This document shows, one piece after another, positions 55,397 through 64,000 of a stretch of 64,000 bases of DNA (positions are counted from its first letter, which is position 1; every line of letters begins with the position of its first letter). The notes under the pieces were generated by a model, which saw only the letters and a list, made by a program, of their open reading frames with translations, was not told the origin of the DNA and ran no database searches. The stretch covers positions 2,176,001 through 2,240,000 of the forward strand of contig OY970067.1 of the NCBI GenBank assembly GCA_963705305.1, read 5' to 3'. This DNA comes from an uncultured Methylomirabilota bacterium. Lineage in GTDB: Bacteria > Methylomirabilota > Methylomirabilia > Methylomirabilales > 2-02-FULL-66-22. Made by a program: the position numbers and the translations under genes.

Positions 55397-56179
55397 ATGA
55401 AAATCTGGACGGCCATGCGAGATGCGCTTCGGAGACGCCCGTCCCCCGCAGCGGCTGCACGGGAGATCCCTGGTTTGTTGCCCATGTGCTCCCTCGGCGA
55501 ACTGTTCCATGGCATCGAGAAGATCGACCTACGCTTCCCGGTCTCGCGGTTGGAGCGCCGGGGTGAGTGGGCGCTTCCGCTTCCAGAATTGTTGACAGTA
55601 GCCGCCGTCTGCTCCTACACGCAGGCTCGCCGCATCTATGAAATGGGCACGTATACCGGTGCCACGACACTGGTGATGGCCATGAATGCACCCGAGGATG
55701 CGGACATATTTACGCTGGACCTGGATGCGGCCGACCGGGCTGCCCTGCGGACGACAGTGGATGGGGCCGATGCGTCGGCCTTCGTCGTGGGGGCATGCTA
55801 CCGTGACACCTGCTTTGCCAACAGGGTGCACCAGCTCCTCGGGAATACGTTGACGTTCGATCACAGCCCATACTATGGGACGATAGATCTTGTCTTGATC
55901 GATGCAAATCATACTTATCCCTACGTAAGGCGCGATTCAGAGACGGCTTTCAGGCTCCTCCGGCCCGGAGGGACGATCATCTGGGATGATTACGCTTGGG
56001 AGGAGCGGCATCCGGACTGCGCCGGCGTCGCCCAGCGTCTCAACGAGCTGGCGTCGACTCACCGCTTGTTCCAAATCCACGGGACACGACTGGCGATCTA
56101 TCTTGACAGGGGCGAAAGCCAGACCGAGCCGCGGTTCAGCATGGCAAAAGCGCCACAGGCCCGCGGGGACCTGGATTGA
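55397..56179 (+). CDS. Class I SAM-dependent methyltransferase
   Basis: YEMGTYTGATT, LIDANHTY, LRPGGTIIWDDY. Confidence 0.85.
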   Translation: MKIWTAMRDALRRRPSPAAAAREIPGLLPMCSLGELFHGIEKIDLRFPVSRLERRGEWALPLPELLTVAAVCSYTQARRIYEMGTYTGATTLVMAMNAPEDADIFTLDLDAADRAALRTTVDGADASAFVVGACYRDTCFANRVHQLLGNTLTFDHSPYYGTIDLVLIDANHTYPYVRRDSETAFRLLRPGGTIIWDDYAWEERHPDCAGVAQRLNELASTHRLFQIHGTRLAIYLDRGESQTEPRFSMAKAPQARGDLD

Positions 56180-57453
56180 CAGTAGGACGATCCGAAGATC
56201 GCATGGGACTCCGCGTGCTGGTAATGACGAATCTCTACCCCCCCCATTACATCGGAGGGTACGAGCTGGTTTGCCTGGATGTCGTCAACTATCTCCGGAA
56301 CCGGGGCCATGCCGTGACCGTGCTGACCAGCACCTACGGCCTGGCCCGGCCGCGAGTTGACGGGGAGGTCCACCGGGTGCTGGCGTTTCCCCAGCCGGCA
56401 ACGCTCTCCCGCCGCGAGCTAATTCAACGGGAGTGGCGGCACCGCCAGGCGTTTCGTCGTGCCCTTGCCGAGGCGAAGCCTGACGTGATTCACGTTTTCA
56501 GCCTGTACGGGGTGCCCCAAAGCTTGCTCTACGCTGCCCACCGATCCGGAGTCCCGGTTGTGTACGATTTCTCGGCGGAGTGGCTCTCCCTGGGCTGCCT
56601 CGACGACCTCTGGGTGCGTTTCTGGGCTGCTCCAGCGGGCCGGCCGTACCGTCAGGCCTCGAAGGCAGTTGTCCGGCGGGTCCTTGACCTCTGGCTTCCA
56701 ACTGGCCGCGAGTGCCTTGACCTCTCCTGCAGTTACTTCACCAGTCGACGAATCCGGGAGATCTTCGTTGGGAAGGGCTTTCCGGTCGCAGACGCCGCGA
56801 TCATCTATCGCGGGGTGGACCTTGGCCGGTTTCATCCGGAGACTCGCCAGGTCCAGGACGGGCCGGTCCGACTGCTCTTTGCGGGCAGGCTGGCCAGGGA
56901 CAAGGGGTTTCATACAGTCGTCGAAGCAATGGAGATCATGGCGCGAGCAGGAACGGTGGAACGAGTGGCCCTCAGCGCCGCGGGTCTTCCGCAAGATCCC
57001 GAATATCTCGCCGGGCTCCAGCGCACGCTTCACGCCTCTTCCTTACGCGAGCATGTCCGCTTCCTCGGGCAGGTCCCCTGGGAGCGGATGCCGGACCTCT
57101 ACCGGGATCACGATGTCTACCTGCTTCCCTCTGTCTTCGAGGAGCCGTTTTCAATCGGGCTACTGGAGGCGATGGCCTCCGGGCTGGCGGTTGTGGGTAC
57201 GATGACGGGCGGGAGTCGCGAGGTGCTCGTGGATGAGGAGAACAGCCTGACGTTTCCGGCGGAGAATGCTCCCGCCCTGGCCGCTCAGCTTCAGCGCGTG
57301 CTCGATCCGGCTCTGCGTGCCCGCCTTGCTGCAGCGGGGCGGCGAACCGTCGAGCAACGGTTCCCGCTGGACCGGATCCTCTCGGAGATTGAAGCCTTTC
57401 TGCAGAATGCAGTGGCGCGGCATCGGGCCGGATGGCGCGGGGGCTGGATGTGA
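56176..57453 (+). CDS. GT4 glycosyltransferase
   Basis: YPPHYIGGYE, FAGRL..KG, EPFSIGLLEAMASG; start 56176 or 56203. Confidence 0.9.
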   Translation: MTVGRSEDRMGLRVLVMTNLYPPHYIGGYELVCLDVVNYLRNRGHAVTVLTSTYGLARPRVDGEVHRVLAFPQPATLSRRELIQREWRHRQAFRRALAEAKPDVIHVFSLYGVPQSLLYAAHRSGVPVVYDFSAEWLSLGCLDDLWVRFWAAPAGRPYRQASKAVVRRVLDLWLPTGRECLDLSCSYFTSRRIREIFVGKGFPVADAAIIYRGVDLGRFHPETRQVQDGPVRLLFAGRLARDKGFHTVVEAMEIMARAGTVERVALSAAGLPQDPEYLAGLQRTLHASSLREHVRFLGQVPWERMPDLYRDHDVYLLPSVFEEPFSIGLLEAMASGLAVVGTMTGGSREVLVDEENSLTFPAENAPALAAQLQRVLDPALRARLAAAGRRTVEQRFPLDRILSEIEAFLQNAVARHRAGWRGGWM

Positions 57454-58760
57454 GGATCCTGGTGGTAACCCCCCAGATTCCCCGCTTTCCGGGTCCGGGA
57501 GGCGAGGCACGGCAGTTCTGTCTGCTCCGCGAGCTGTGTTCGCGCCATACCTTCACGGTGATGCCACTGGTATGGGCGGGGAGCGAGCACCTCCTCGAGT
57601 TCCTTAGGGCGTTGCCCCTTGCGGTGGATCCCATTCCGGCTGGCGAGACCGTCCAGGACGGGAGGAAGCGGGAAACCGGAGTGAACTCCGTTCGCCGTCG
57701 CCTCCGCGACCGGTACCCCGGTCTCGCCGCGGGATATCGCTCGGTCACCCGAGCTGGTGGGAAGCTGACGGAAGACCTCCGGATCCTCTCCCCGGCCCCG
57801 CAGCGGACCGCAGTCACCCGGGCGGCGGGCCAGGCGGTCCGCCGGAAGCTGGGCGGGATCCGGCTCGAGGCCTTTGACCTCATCCAGGTGGAGCATGCCC
57901 ACGCCGGTCACTGGCTCTCGGGGCTAGACATTCGGATTCCCAAGCTCCTTGTCTGCCTCGATATCGACAGCCTCATCGCCCGCCGGCGAGCGGATCTCCA
58001 GACGCGATTCGGCCACCGGCTAGCGGCATGGGTCGAGTGGCAGAAACTTCGGCGCTATGAGCGGCAGATAGCCGGGATCTACGGCAACTGCGTCACCGTC
58101 TCGGAGGAGGATCGCGCGGCGCTCCGATCCCTGGCGCCTGCCGCTCGAACCTGGGTCGTGCCCAACGGCGTGGACCCCGCCTACTTCCACCGGGCGGATC
58201 CGAGCCGGGAAGAGGCCGGCAGCCTGGTCTTCACTGGGACGATGTTCTGGGAGCCCAACGTGGATGCCATGATCTCTTTCTGTGCCGACATCCTGCCCCG
58301 GATTCGCCGGCAACACCCCAAGGTCCGCATGACGATCGTGGGGGCGGAGCCGTCCCAGGCGGTGCGGGGACTGGCAGCGCACGACGGAGTCATCGTCACC
58401 GGAACGGTGGAGGACGTTCGGCCGTACATCGCCGCGGCCAGCGTCTATGTGGTTCCGCTCCGCAACGGAGGGGGGACTCGGCTGAAGATCCTCGAGGCCA
58501 TGGCCATGGGAAAGGCCGTAGTCTCGACCTCGGTCGGGTGCGAGGGGCTCCGGGTAAGCAAGGACCGAGAGCTGGTGGTGGCGGACGGATCCGAGGCGCT
58601 TGCCGAAGCCGTCTGCCGCCTATTGGAAGATCCAGCGGAACGGCAAGCATTGGGAGAGACAGCCCGGCGGGCCGTGATGGATCGGTATGATTGGCGGATC
58701 ATTGCCAGACAGCAGGATGCAGTGTACACCGCGCTGGCTCAAGACGCGCCGGCGGGCTGA
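57450..58760 (+). CDS. GT4 glycosyltransferase
   Basis: VPNGVD, FTGTM..PNVD, GGGTRLKILEAMAMG. Confidence 0.9.
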   Translation: MRILVVTPQIPRFPGPGGEARQFCLLRELCSRHTFTVMPLVWAGSEHLLEFLRALPLAVDPIPAGETVQDGRKRETGVNSVRRRLRDRYPGLAAGYRSVTRAGGKLTEDLRILSPAPQRTAVTRAAGQAVRRKLGGIRLEAFDLIQVEHAHAGHWLSGLDIRIPKLLVCLDIDSLIARRRADLQTRFGHRLAAWVEWQKLRRYERQIAGIYGNCVTVSEEDRAALRSLAPAARTWVVPNGVDPAYFHRADPSREEAGSLVFTGTMFWEPNVDAMISFCADILPRIRRQHPKVRMTIVGAEPSQAVRGLAAHDGVIVTGTVEDVRPYIAAASVYVVPLRNGGGTRLKILEAMAMGKAVVSTSVGCEGLRVSKDRELVVADGSEALAEAVCRLLEDPAERQALGETARRAVMDRYDWRIIARQQDAVYTALAQDAPAG

Positions 58761-58777
58761 AGACGGGCGGTCCGGGC

Positions 58778-59611
58778 ATGGGGTGCCAGCGGTTCGAGAC
58801 GGGGTTAAGGGCTTGGCTGGAGGCTCCCGAGAAAGGAGGGCATCCCCTCCGGGAGTTCTGGATTCGGGATCATCTCGAGCGTGTGGGCTTCGCGCAACGG
58901 CTTCACCTGCCGCTGGCTGGATCGGCCGGACTCCGAGCGGGGTCCCGGGTCCTGGATTTGGGCTGCGGAACGGCGGGTACGGGGGTGGCCTTTGCCCTGG
59001 CGGGGCACCGCGTCCTGGGGGTAGATTCGTCGCTCCATATGCTCGAGCTGGCCGGTCTCCGCGCGGCAGATGAGGGGGCGGAGCTCCGGCGCGTCGCGGG
59101 GGACGGCCGACGGCTTCCCCTCTGCACGAGCCGTTTCGACCTCGTCGTCTGCGACCAGGTGATCGAGCACGTGGAGAGATACCCGGAGTTGCTGGAGGAG
59201 GCATACCGGGTCCTCAAACCCGGGGGGCTCCTGCTCCTGTCTGCTCCCCACCGCCTGGCGCTCCACGAGCGGCATACGGATCTTCTCTTTGCCGGCTGGC
59301 TGCCCCATTGGCTGGCCGGCCGGTATGCCCACCTGAGGGGGCGGCGGACGCCGGACGAGCCATGGGATGTGTGGCTGGAGCTTCCGTGGCGAATCCGCCG
59401 GCGTCTCGGCCAAGCGGGGTTCGAGGAAGTCCGCAGCCCGTGGCGGCAGCTCCGGCGGCCACCGGCGGAGGGGTCGCGTATCCGACGGGCCTTGGCGCGG
59501 ATCGGCCCCCTGGTTCACTTGGTCCACTGGGCCTTTCGCTGGTACGGGTTTCTCTTCGGAACGGTGACTTTCCTTCTGCTGAAGCCCGGCCGGCCCGAGG
59601 AGGTTTCATGA
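58778..59611 (+). CDS. Class I SAM-dependent methyltransferase
   Basis: VLDLGCGTAG, FDLVVCDQVIEHV, RVLKPGG. Confidence 0.87.
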   Translation: MGCQRFETGLRAWLEAPEKGGHPLREFWIRDHLERVGFAQRLHLPLAGSAGLRAGSRVLDLGCGTAGTGVAFALAGHRVLGVDSSLHMLELAGLRAADEGAELRRVAGDGRRLPLCTSRFDLVVCDQVIEHVERYPELLEEAYRVLKPGGLLLLSAPHRLALHERHTDLLFAGWLPHWLAGRYAHLRGRRTPDEPWDVWLELPWRIRRRLGQAGFEEVRSPWRQLRRPPAEGSRIRRALARIGPLVHLVHWAFRWYGFLFGTVTFLLLKPGRPEEVS

Positions 59612-60642
59612 CGGCGGCCCCGCGGGTGGCGCTGATCGTCCAGCGGGCCCTCCACCATGCCGGGCCCTCCGGATACCATCAGCTGGCGATGCACCTGGCG
59701 GCCAGAGGAGAGGCCGTAGAGTGCGTGCACGGTTTTCCTCGCCGGGGTGTATGGAGGCTGACCCAACCGGCAGTGCGCCGCTCCGGGCTTTCCTGGTATG
59801 GTCCGGAGGCGTGCCTCACCGAGGCCTGGGCGGCCGCTGTCACGGCCTGGCGGCGCCCGATCCTCCATTTCCTGCAGGGGGAGAACAGCTACCGGTATGC
59901 CGCCGCCATCCCCGGCAATCCCGGTCGGCGGCTGGTGGCAACGTTTCACCTGCCCCCGTCGGTGTTCGGGCAGTACGTCCGGGACACACGGCACCTCGAG
60001 CGACTGGCCACCGTGATCTTCGTGGCCCGGAATCAACTAGCGCTCCTGGACGGGATGCGGCGGCGGCCGCCGGCCTTCGTGATTCCGCACGGTATCGATA
60101 CCGAGTTCTATCGACCGCCGGCCTCGCCGCCGGTTGGGGGGATGTGCCTGGTAGTTGGGCAATGGCTGCGGGACTTTGCCACCCTGGAGGCTGTGATCGG
60201 CCGCGTCCGGCAAGTCCGGTCCGACCTGCGCTTTGTCCTGGTGCTCCCTGCCGACCGGGCGGCGGCGTGGCAGGGACGTCCCGGGGTCGAGGTGCGCTCC
60301 GGTCTCGATGGGGCAGCGCTCCTCCGCTGTTACCACGAGGCGGCGCTCCTCTTGATGCCCTTGCTGGACTGCACGGCCAACAACGCCATTCTTGAGGCCA
60401 TGGCCTGCGGGCTCCCTCTGGTGGTCACGGATGTCGGGGGGGTGCGCGACTACGTGGACGCGTCCTGCGCCGTCCTGACTCCCCCGGGGGATGTCGGCGA
60501 GATGGCCCGGGCGATGCTCGATGTCTTCCGCGATTCCGGCTGGCGGGCGGCCATGGGCAGGGCCGCGCGGGCGCGCGCCGAGGGTTTCGCCTGGCCGCGG
60601 GTGGTCGACCAGATCCTCGCGGTGTACCGAGGGATCCGATGA
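59608..60642 (+). CDS. GT4 glycosyltransferase
   Basis: IPHGIDT, NNAILEAMACGLP, TDVGG. Confidence 0.88.
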   Translation: MTAAPRVALIVQRALHHAGPSGYHQLAMHLAARGEAVECVHGFPRRGVWRLTQPAVRRSGLSWYGPEACLTEAWAAAVTAWRRPILHFLQGENSYRYAAAIPGNPGRRLVATFHLPPSVFGQYVRDTRHLERLATVIFVARNQLALLDGMRRRPPAFVIPHGIDTEFYRPPASPPVGGMCLVVGQWLRDFATLEAVIGRVRQVRSDLRFVLVLPADRAAAWQGRPGVEVRSGLDGAALLRCYHEAALLLMPLLDCTANNAILEAMACGLPLVVTDVGGVRDYVDASCAVLTPPGDVGEMARAMLDVFRDSGWRAAMGRAARARAEGFAWPRVVDQILAVYRGIR

Positions 60643-61865
60643 CGGAGGCGCCTCGGGAGCCGGCCGTGCCGGAAGAAGGCATGTCGCGAAACCTCCAAAG
60701 CTTACGGGTCTGCCTGGCCTCCCCCCTGTTTCCTCCGGCTGTGGGGGGAGAGGAGCGGGTTGCCGATCTGCTTGCCCGCGGATTGTCCAAGGCCGGGCAC
60801 CGGGTCACCGTGACCACGCAGCGCATTGCGGGGGCGGCGGCGGAGGTCCGGGACGGCGTCCGGATTGACCGAGTCATCCGACCGGTCTCCCGCGGGCCGC
60901 TCTACGGACCGACCTACGTTGCGTCCCTGGCAGGATTCCTCGTCCGCCGCCGTGGCGCTTTCGATGTGATCCAAACGTCCTATCTGTATTGGGACGCTGT
61001 GACCGCCGCCCTCCTCAAGTCCCTCCTGAAGGTCCGGCTCGTGGTGCGGATTGTCGTGGCGGGTCCTGGTGGGGATCTGGATCGCTTCACCGGCATGCGG
61101 TTCTGGCCCTTGGCCGCAGGCCTGGACCGGCCCACGCTCGAGAGTCTGGTCCGGCTGGTGCTGCGTCGGGCGGATGCGTTCATCGTCTTGAACGAAACGA
61201 CCGCCGGCGAGCTGGCGGCGCGAGGAGTCCACCGCGAGCGATGCCACATTGTGCCAAACGGCGTTGACGTGGCGGCGTTTCGCCGCCGGGAAGCGGTGCG
61301 GAGGCCCGAGGGGCCGTGGCGAGTCGTGTGCGTGGGGCGACTGGTTAGCCAAAAAGGTCAAGACCTCTTGCTGCGCGCGCTCCCCCGGGCGCGCGCCGTC
61401 GCCGGCCCGGTCTCATTGACGCTGGTGGGAGGCGGCCCCGACCGCCCCGACCTGGAAAGGCTGACGGCGGAGCTCGGCCTCGGCCACGCGGTGCACTTCG
61501 CGGGGCAGGTAAAGGACGTGAGGCCGGCGCTCGACGAGGCGGACCTATTCGTTCTGCCCTCCCGGTTCGAGGGGCACCCGCTGGCCCTTCTGGAGGCCAT
61601 GGCGGCAGGGCTTCCTATCGTGGCGACCGCCGTAGCCGGAAACACGGACGCCATCCGCCCGGGGGAGGACGGTCTTCTGGTCCGCCCGGAAGATCCTGCC
61701 GCCTTGGCCGAAGCCATCGGGGCCCTTCTTGTCGACCGGAAGCGGGCCACACGCCTGGGGACGGCGGCACGGGCCAGGGTGGCCGAACAGTTCTCCGCGG
61801 AGACCATGGTGGCGCAGACTCTGGAAGTATTCCGCGCGGTGTACGCCCCTCCGCGGGCGACCTGA
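60639..61865 (+). CDS. GT4 glycosyltransferase
   Basis: PPAVGGEE, VPNGVD, VGRLVSQKG, EGHPLALLEAMAAG. Confidence 0.9.
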   Translation: MTEAPREPAVPEEGMSRNLQSLRVCLASPLFPPAVGGEERVADLLARGLSKAGHRVTVTTQRIAGAAAEVRDGVRIDRVIRPVSRGPLYGPTYVASLAGFLVRRRGAFDVIQTSYLYWDAVTAALLKSLLKVRLVVRIVVAGPGGDLDRFTGMRFWPLAAGLDRPTLESLVRLVLRRADAFIVLNETTAGELAARGVHRERCHIVPNGVDVAAFRRREAVRRPEGPWRVVCVGRLVSQKGQDLLLRALPRARAVAGPVSLTLVGGGPDRPDLERLTAELGLGHAVHFAGQVKDVRPALDEADLFVLPSRFEGHPLALLEAMAAGLPIVATAVAGNTDAIRPGEDGLLVRPEDPAALAEAIGALLVDRKRATRLGTAARARVAEQFSAETMVAQTLEVFRAVYAPPRAT

Positions 61866-61879
61866 GCAGCGAGGTGGGC

Positions 61880-63037
61880 GTGAAACCGGTCAAGATCCTC
61901 TATCTCATCGGGACCCTGGAACGGGGCGGAACCGAGGGGCAATTGGTCGAGCTGGCTACGCGCCTCGATCCGAACCGGTTTCGGCCGGTGGTCTGCTCAC
62001 TGTCGCTGGGTGGGCCCTACGTTGAGACGCTTCGCGAGGCGGGGGTTCCGGTGCACATCGTCGGCTTCCGTGGGTTCAAGCACGGACTCTGGACCGTCCT
62101 CTATCTCCCCCGGATCGCGGAGGAACTGCGGCGGCTCACCCGCCTCATGCGGGCGGAGCAGCCAGCCATTGTTCATGGCTTTCTGTTTTGGGCGTACATC
62201 ATCGGGACCTTTGCGGCTAAGGCGGTGCGGGTGCCCATCGTGGTGGCCAGCCGAAGAAGCCTGGGGTGGTTCAAGGCGCAGAAGCCTCACTACCTCCGGT
62301 TGGAGCGCCTGGCCAATCGGTGGACGGATCTGCTGGTTGCAAATTCTGAGGCGGTCAAGCAGGATGTGATGGCCAGGGAGCGGATGCCTTCGGCGAAGAT
62401 CCGTGTGGTATACAACGGGATCGATGCCGATCGGTACGCACGACCCCCCGATCCGATCCTCCGCGAGGAGCTGGGAATTCCGGCGGGGGCGCCGGTCATC
62501 GGGGTGGTGGCGAACCTGATCCACTACAAGGGCCATCTGGTTTTGCTGGAGGCCTGCCGGCGGATCCGCGAGGCCAGGCCGGACACCCGGGTTCTGCTGG
62601 TTGGCGAGGGCCCCTGTCGGAAAGAGCTGCATCGCAGGGCGGCCAACCTCGGTGTGGCCGAAATGGTCTGCTTCCTGGGAAGCCGGCGGGACGTTCCGGA
62701 GCTGCTCGCCCAGATCTCTGTGGCAGCCCTTCCCTCCCTGGAGGAGGGGTTTCCCAACGCGGTGCTAGAGGCCATGGCGGCAGGAAAACCGGTGGTGGCC
62801 AGCCGTGTGGGCGGAGTCCCTGAGGCTGTCCGTCACGGCGAGACGGGTCTCCTAGTCCCGCCGGGGGATCCGGATGCGCTGGCCGAGGGGCTGCTTGCCC
62901 TGCTTGCCGATCCGAAACGTGCGGCTGTCATGGGGCGGGCAGGGAAAGAGCGAGCACGCGTGCAGTTCGACATGGATCGCATGGTTCGGGAGATGGAGGC
63001 AATCTACGAGGAGCTGCTCAGTGCCGCTCGACATTAG
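61880..63037 (+). CDS. GT4 glycosyltransferase
   Basis: GGTE, YNGID, KGH, EGFPNAVLEAMAAG. Confidence 0.9.
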   Translation: MKPVKILYLIGTLERGGTEGQLVELATRLDPNRFRPVVCSLSLGGPYVETLREAGVPVHIVGFRGFKHGLWTVLYLPRIAEELRRLTRLMRAEQPAIVHGFLFWAYIIGTFAAKAVRVPIVVASRRSLGWFKAQKPHYLRLERLANRWTDLLVANSEAVKQDVMARERMPSAKIRVVYNGIDADRYARPPDPILREELGIPAGAPVIGVVANLIHYKGHLVLLEACRRIREARPDTRVLLVGEGPCRKELHRRAANLGVAEMVCFLGSRRDVPELLAQISVAALPSLEEGFPNAVLEAMAAGKPVVASRVGGVPEAVRHGETGLLVPPGDPDALAEGLLALLADPKRAAVMGRAGKERARVQFDMDRMVREMEAIYEELLSAARH

Positions 63038-63995
63038 CCACCTGCTGGTATGCCCGGCGTGTCGGACGCCGCTCCATTCGCCCGGCGGGTGGGGCGACGG
63101 CGAGCGCCGGTGCCAGCGCTGCGGCCGCCCCTACGGGCTGATCCGCGGGATCCCTCGCTTCGTCGAGAGCGAAGCGTATGCTGGCAGCTTTGGCTTCGAG
63201 TGGCGGCGGCACAGGCGGACCCAGCTTGATGCCGGCCCGGGGGGCGAATCGGAGCGGACCTTCCGGCAGAAGACCGCCCTGACGCCCGAGGCCGTTCGGG
63301 ACCGCCTCGTCCTGGACGTGGGGTGCGGGATGGGGCGTTTTGCCGAGGTGGCAAGCCGCTGGGGCGGACGGGTGGTGGCCGTCGACCTGAGCTTGGCCAT
63401 CGAGGCGGCGCAAGCCAACTTGGGGGGACGGGACAACGTGGCAATCGTTCAGGCTGACTGTTTTCAGTTGCCGTTCCCACCGGAAAGTTTTGATGTCATC
63501 TACAGCATCGGGGTCCTGCATCACACCCCGGATTGCCGGGCGGCGTTCCGGGCCTTGGTGCCCCTGCTGAAGCCGGGTGGGACGATCGCAATTTGGGTCT
63601 ACAAGCACATGCGCAGTTGGGCCCGGGTGGCCAGCGCGTACCGGCGAGTAACGACCCGGCTGCCGCACCACCTCCTGCATGCCCTGTGCTATATCGCCGT
63701 TCCCCTCTACTACCTTCACCGCATTCCCCGTCTGGGGATCCTAACGCAGATGCTGCTGCCCACCAGTCTTCACCCACAGGCGAGCTGGCGCGTGCTCGAT
63801 ACCTTTGACTGGTACTCGCCCCGCTACCAGTCCATGCATACCCCTGAGGAGGTGCGGGGGTGGTTCGAGGAGGCGGGGCTGGTGGATGTGAAGACCCTGG
63901 AGATCCCGGTCGCTGTCTGCGGGCGCCGGCAGCAAGATGCCTCCTCCGGTGCCCTCTCCGGAGGTGAGCGGACGCCTGGATCTCCTGTGGGGTAG
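63021..63995 (+). CDS. Trm112-like zinc finger fused to class I SAM methyltransferase
   Basis: LLVCPAC..CQRC..GIPRF, FGFEW, VLDVGCGMGR, SIGVLHHT, DTFDW. Confidence 0.85.
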   Translation: MPLDISHLLVCPACRTPLHSPGGWGDGERRCQRCGRPYGLIRGIPRFVESEAYAGSFGFEWRRHRRTQLDAGPGGESERTFRQKTALTPEAVRDRLVLDVGCGMGRFAEVASRWGGRVVAVDLSLAIEAAQANLGGRDNVAIVQADCFQLPFPPESFDVIYSIGVLHHTPDCRAAFRALVPLLKPGGTIAIWVYKHMRSWARVASAYRRVTTRLPHHLLHALCYIAVPLYYLHRIPRLGILTQMLLPTSLHPQASWRVLDTFDWYSPRYQSMHTPEEVRGWFEEAGLVDVKTLEIPVAVCGRRQQDASSGALSGGERTPGSPVG

Positions 63996-64000
63996 GGCAG

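Overview
GC-rich bacterial chromosomal window. It probably comes from a diderm (Omp85, Wzm/Wzt, lytic transglycosylase); gene content and repeat types suggest a Methylomirabilota/Deltaproteobacteria-like lineage, which is an inference. No rRNA, tRNA, CRISPR array or intact transposase was found. Left part: divergent iadA-like and leuB-like genes with pdxA, mgtC, a decaying gtrA/GT87/gtrB cassette, an acid phosphatase behind a Pho box, a sco-pcuAC copper operon, a Phd/VapC pair, a class III aminotransferase and glcDF. Middle: an ArsR-headed operon (arsR-tusA-mvhD-hdrA-hdrA-wHTH-qmoC-dsrE2-dsrE) with no hdrB or aprAB in the window, which is the best candidate for an undescribed system. Divergent from it are a Cys-rich MarR and a frameshifted ArsM-ArsN2 fusion, followed by a minimal SUF pair (SmsCB). 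Then housekeeping genes (hsp20, folP, SPFH/NfeD, dinG, mazG, omp85, slt, glyA, nrdR, sirC-ccsA-hemA-hemC-cobA/hemD) and a Wzm/Wzt polysaccharide locus with four methyltransferases. Non-coding highlights: three copies of a MITE-like element with YTAR-type target sites and nested hairpin modules (one sits right after the glyA promoter), a second MITE, a REP-like cluster, 7-bp-periodic fold-back repeats and several operator palindromes. All calls come from motif reading by eye; no searches were run.
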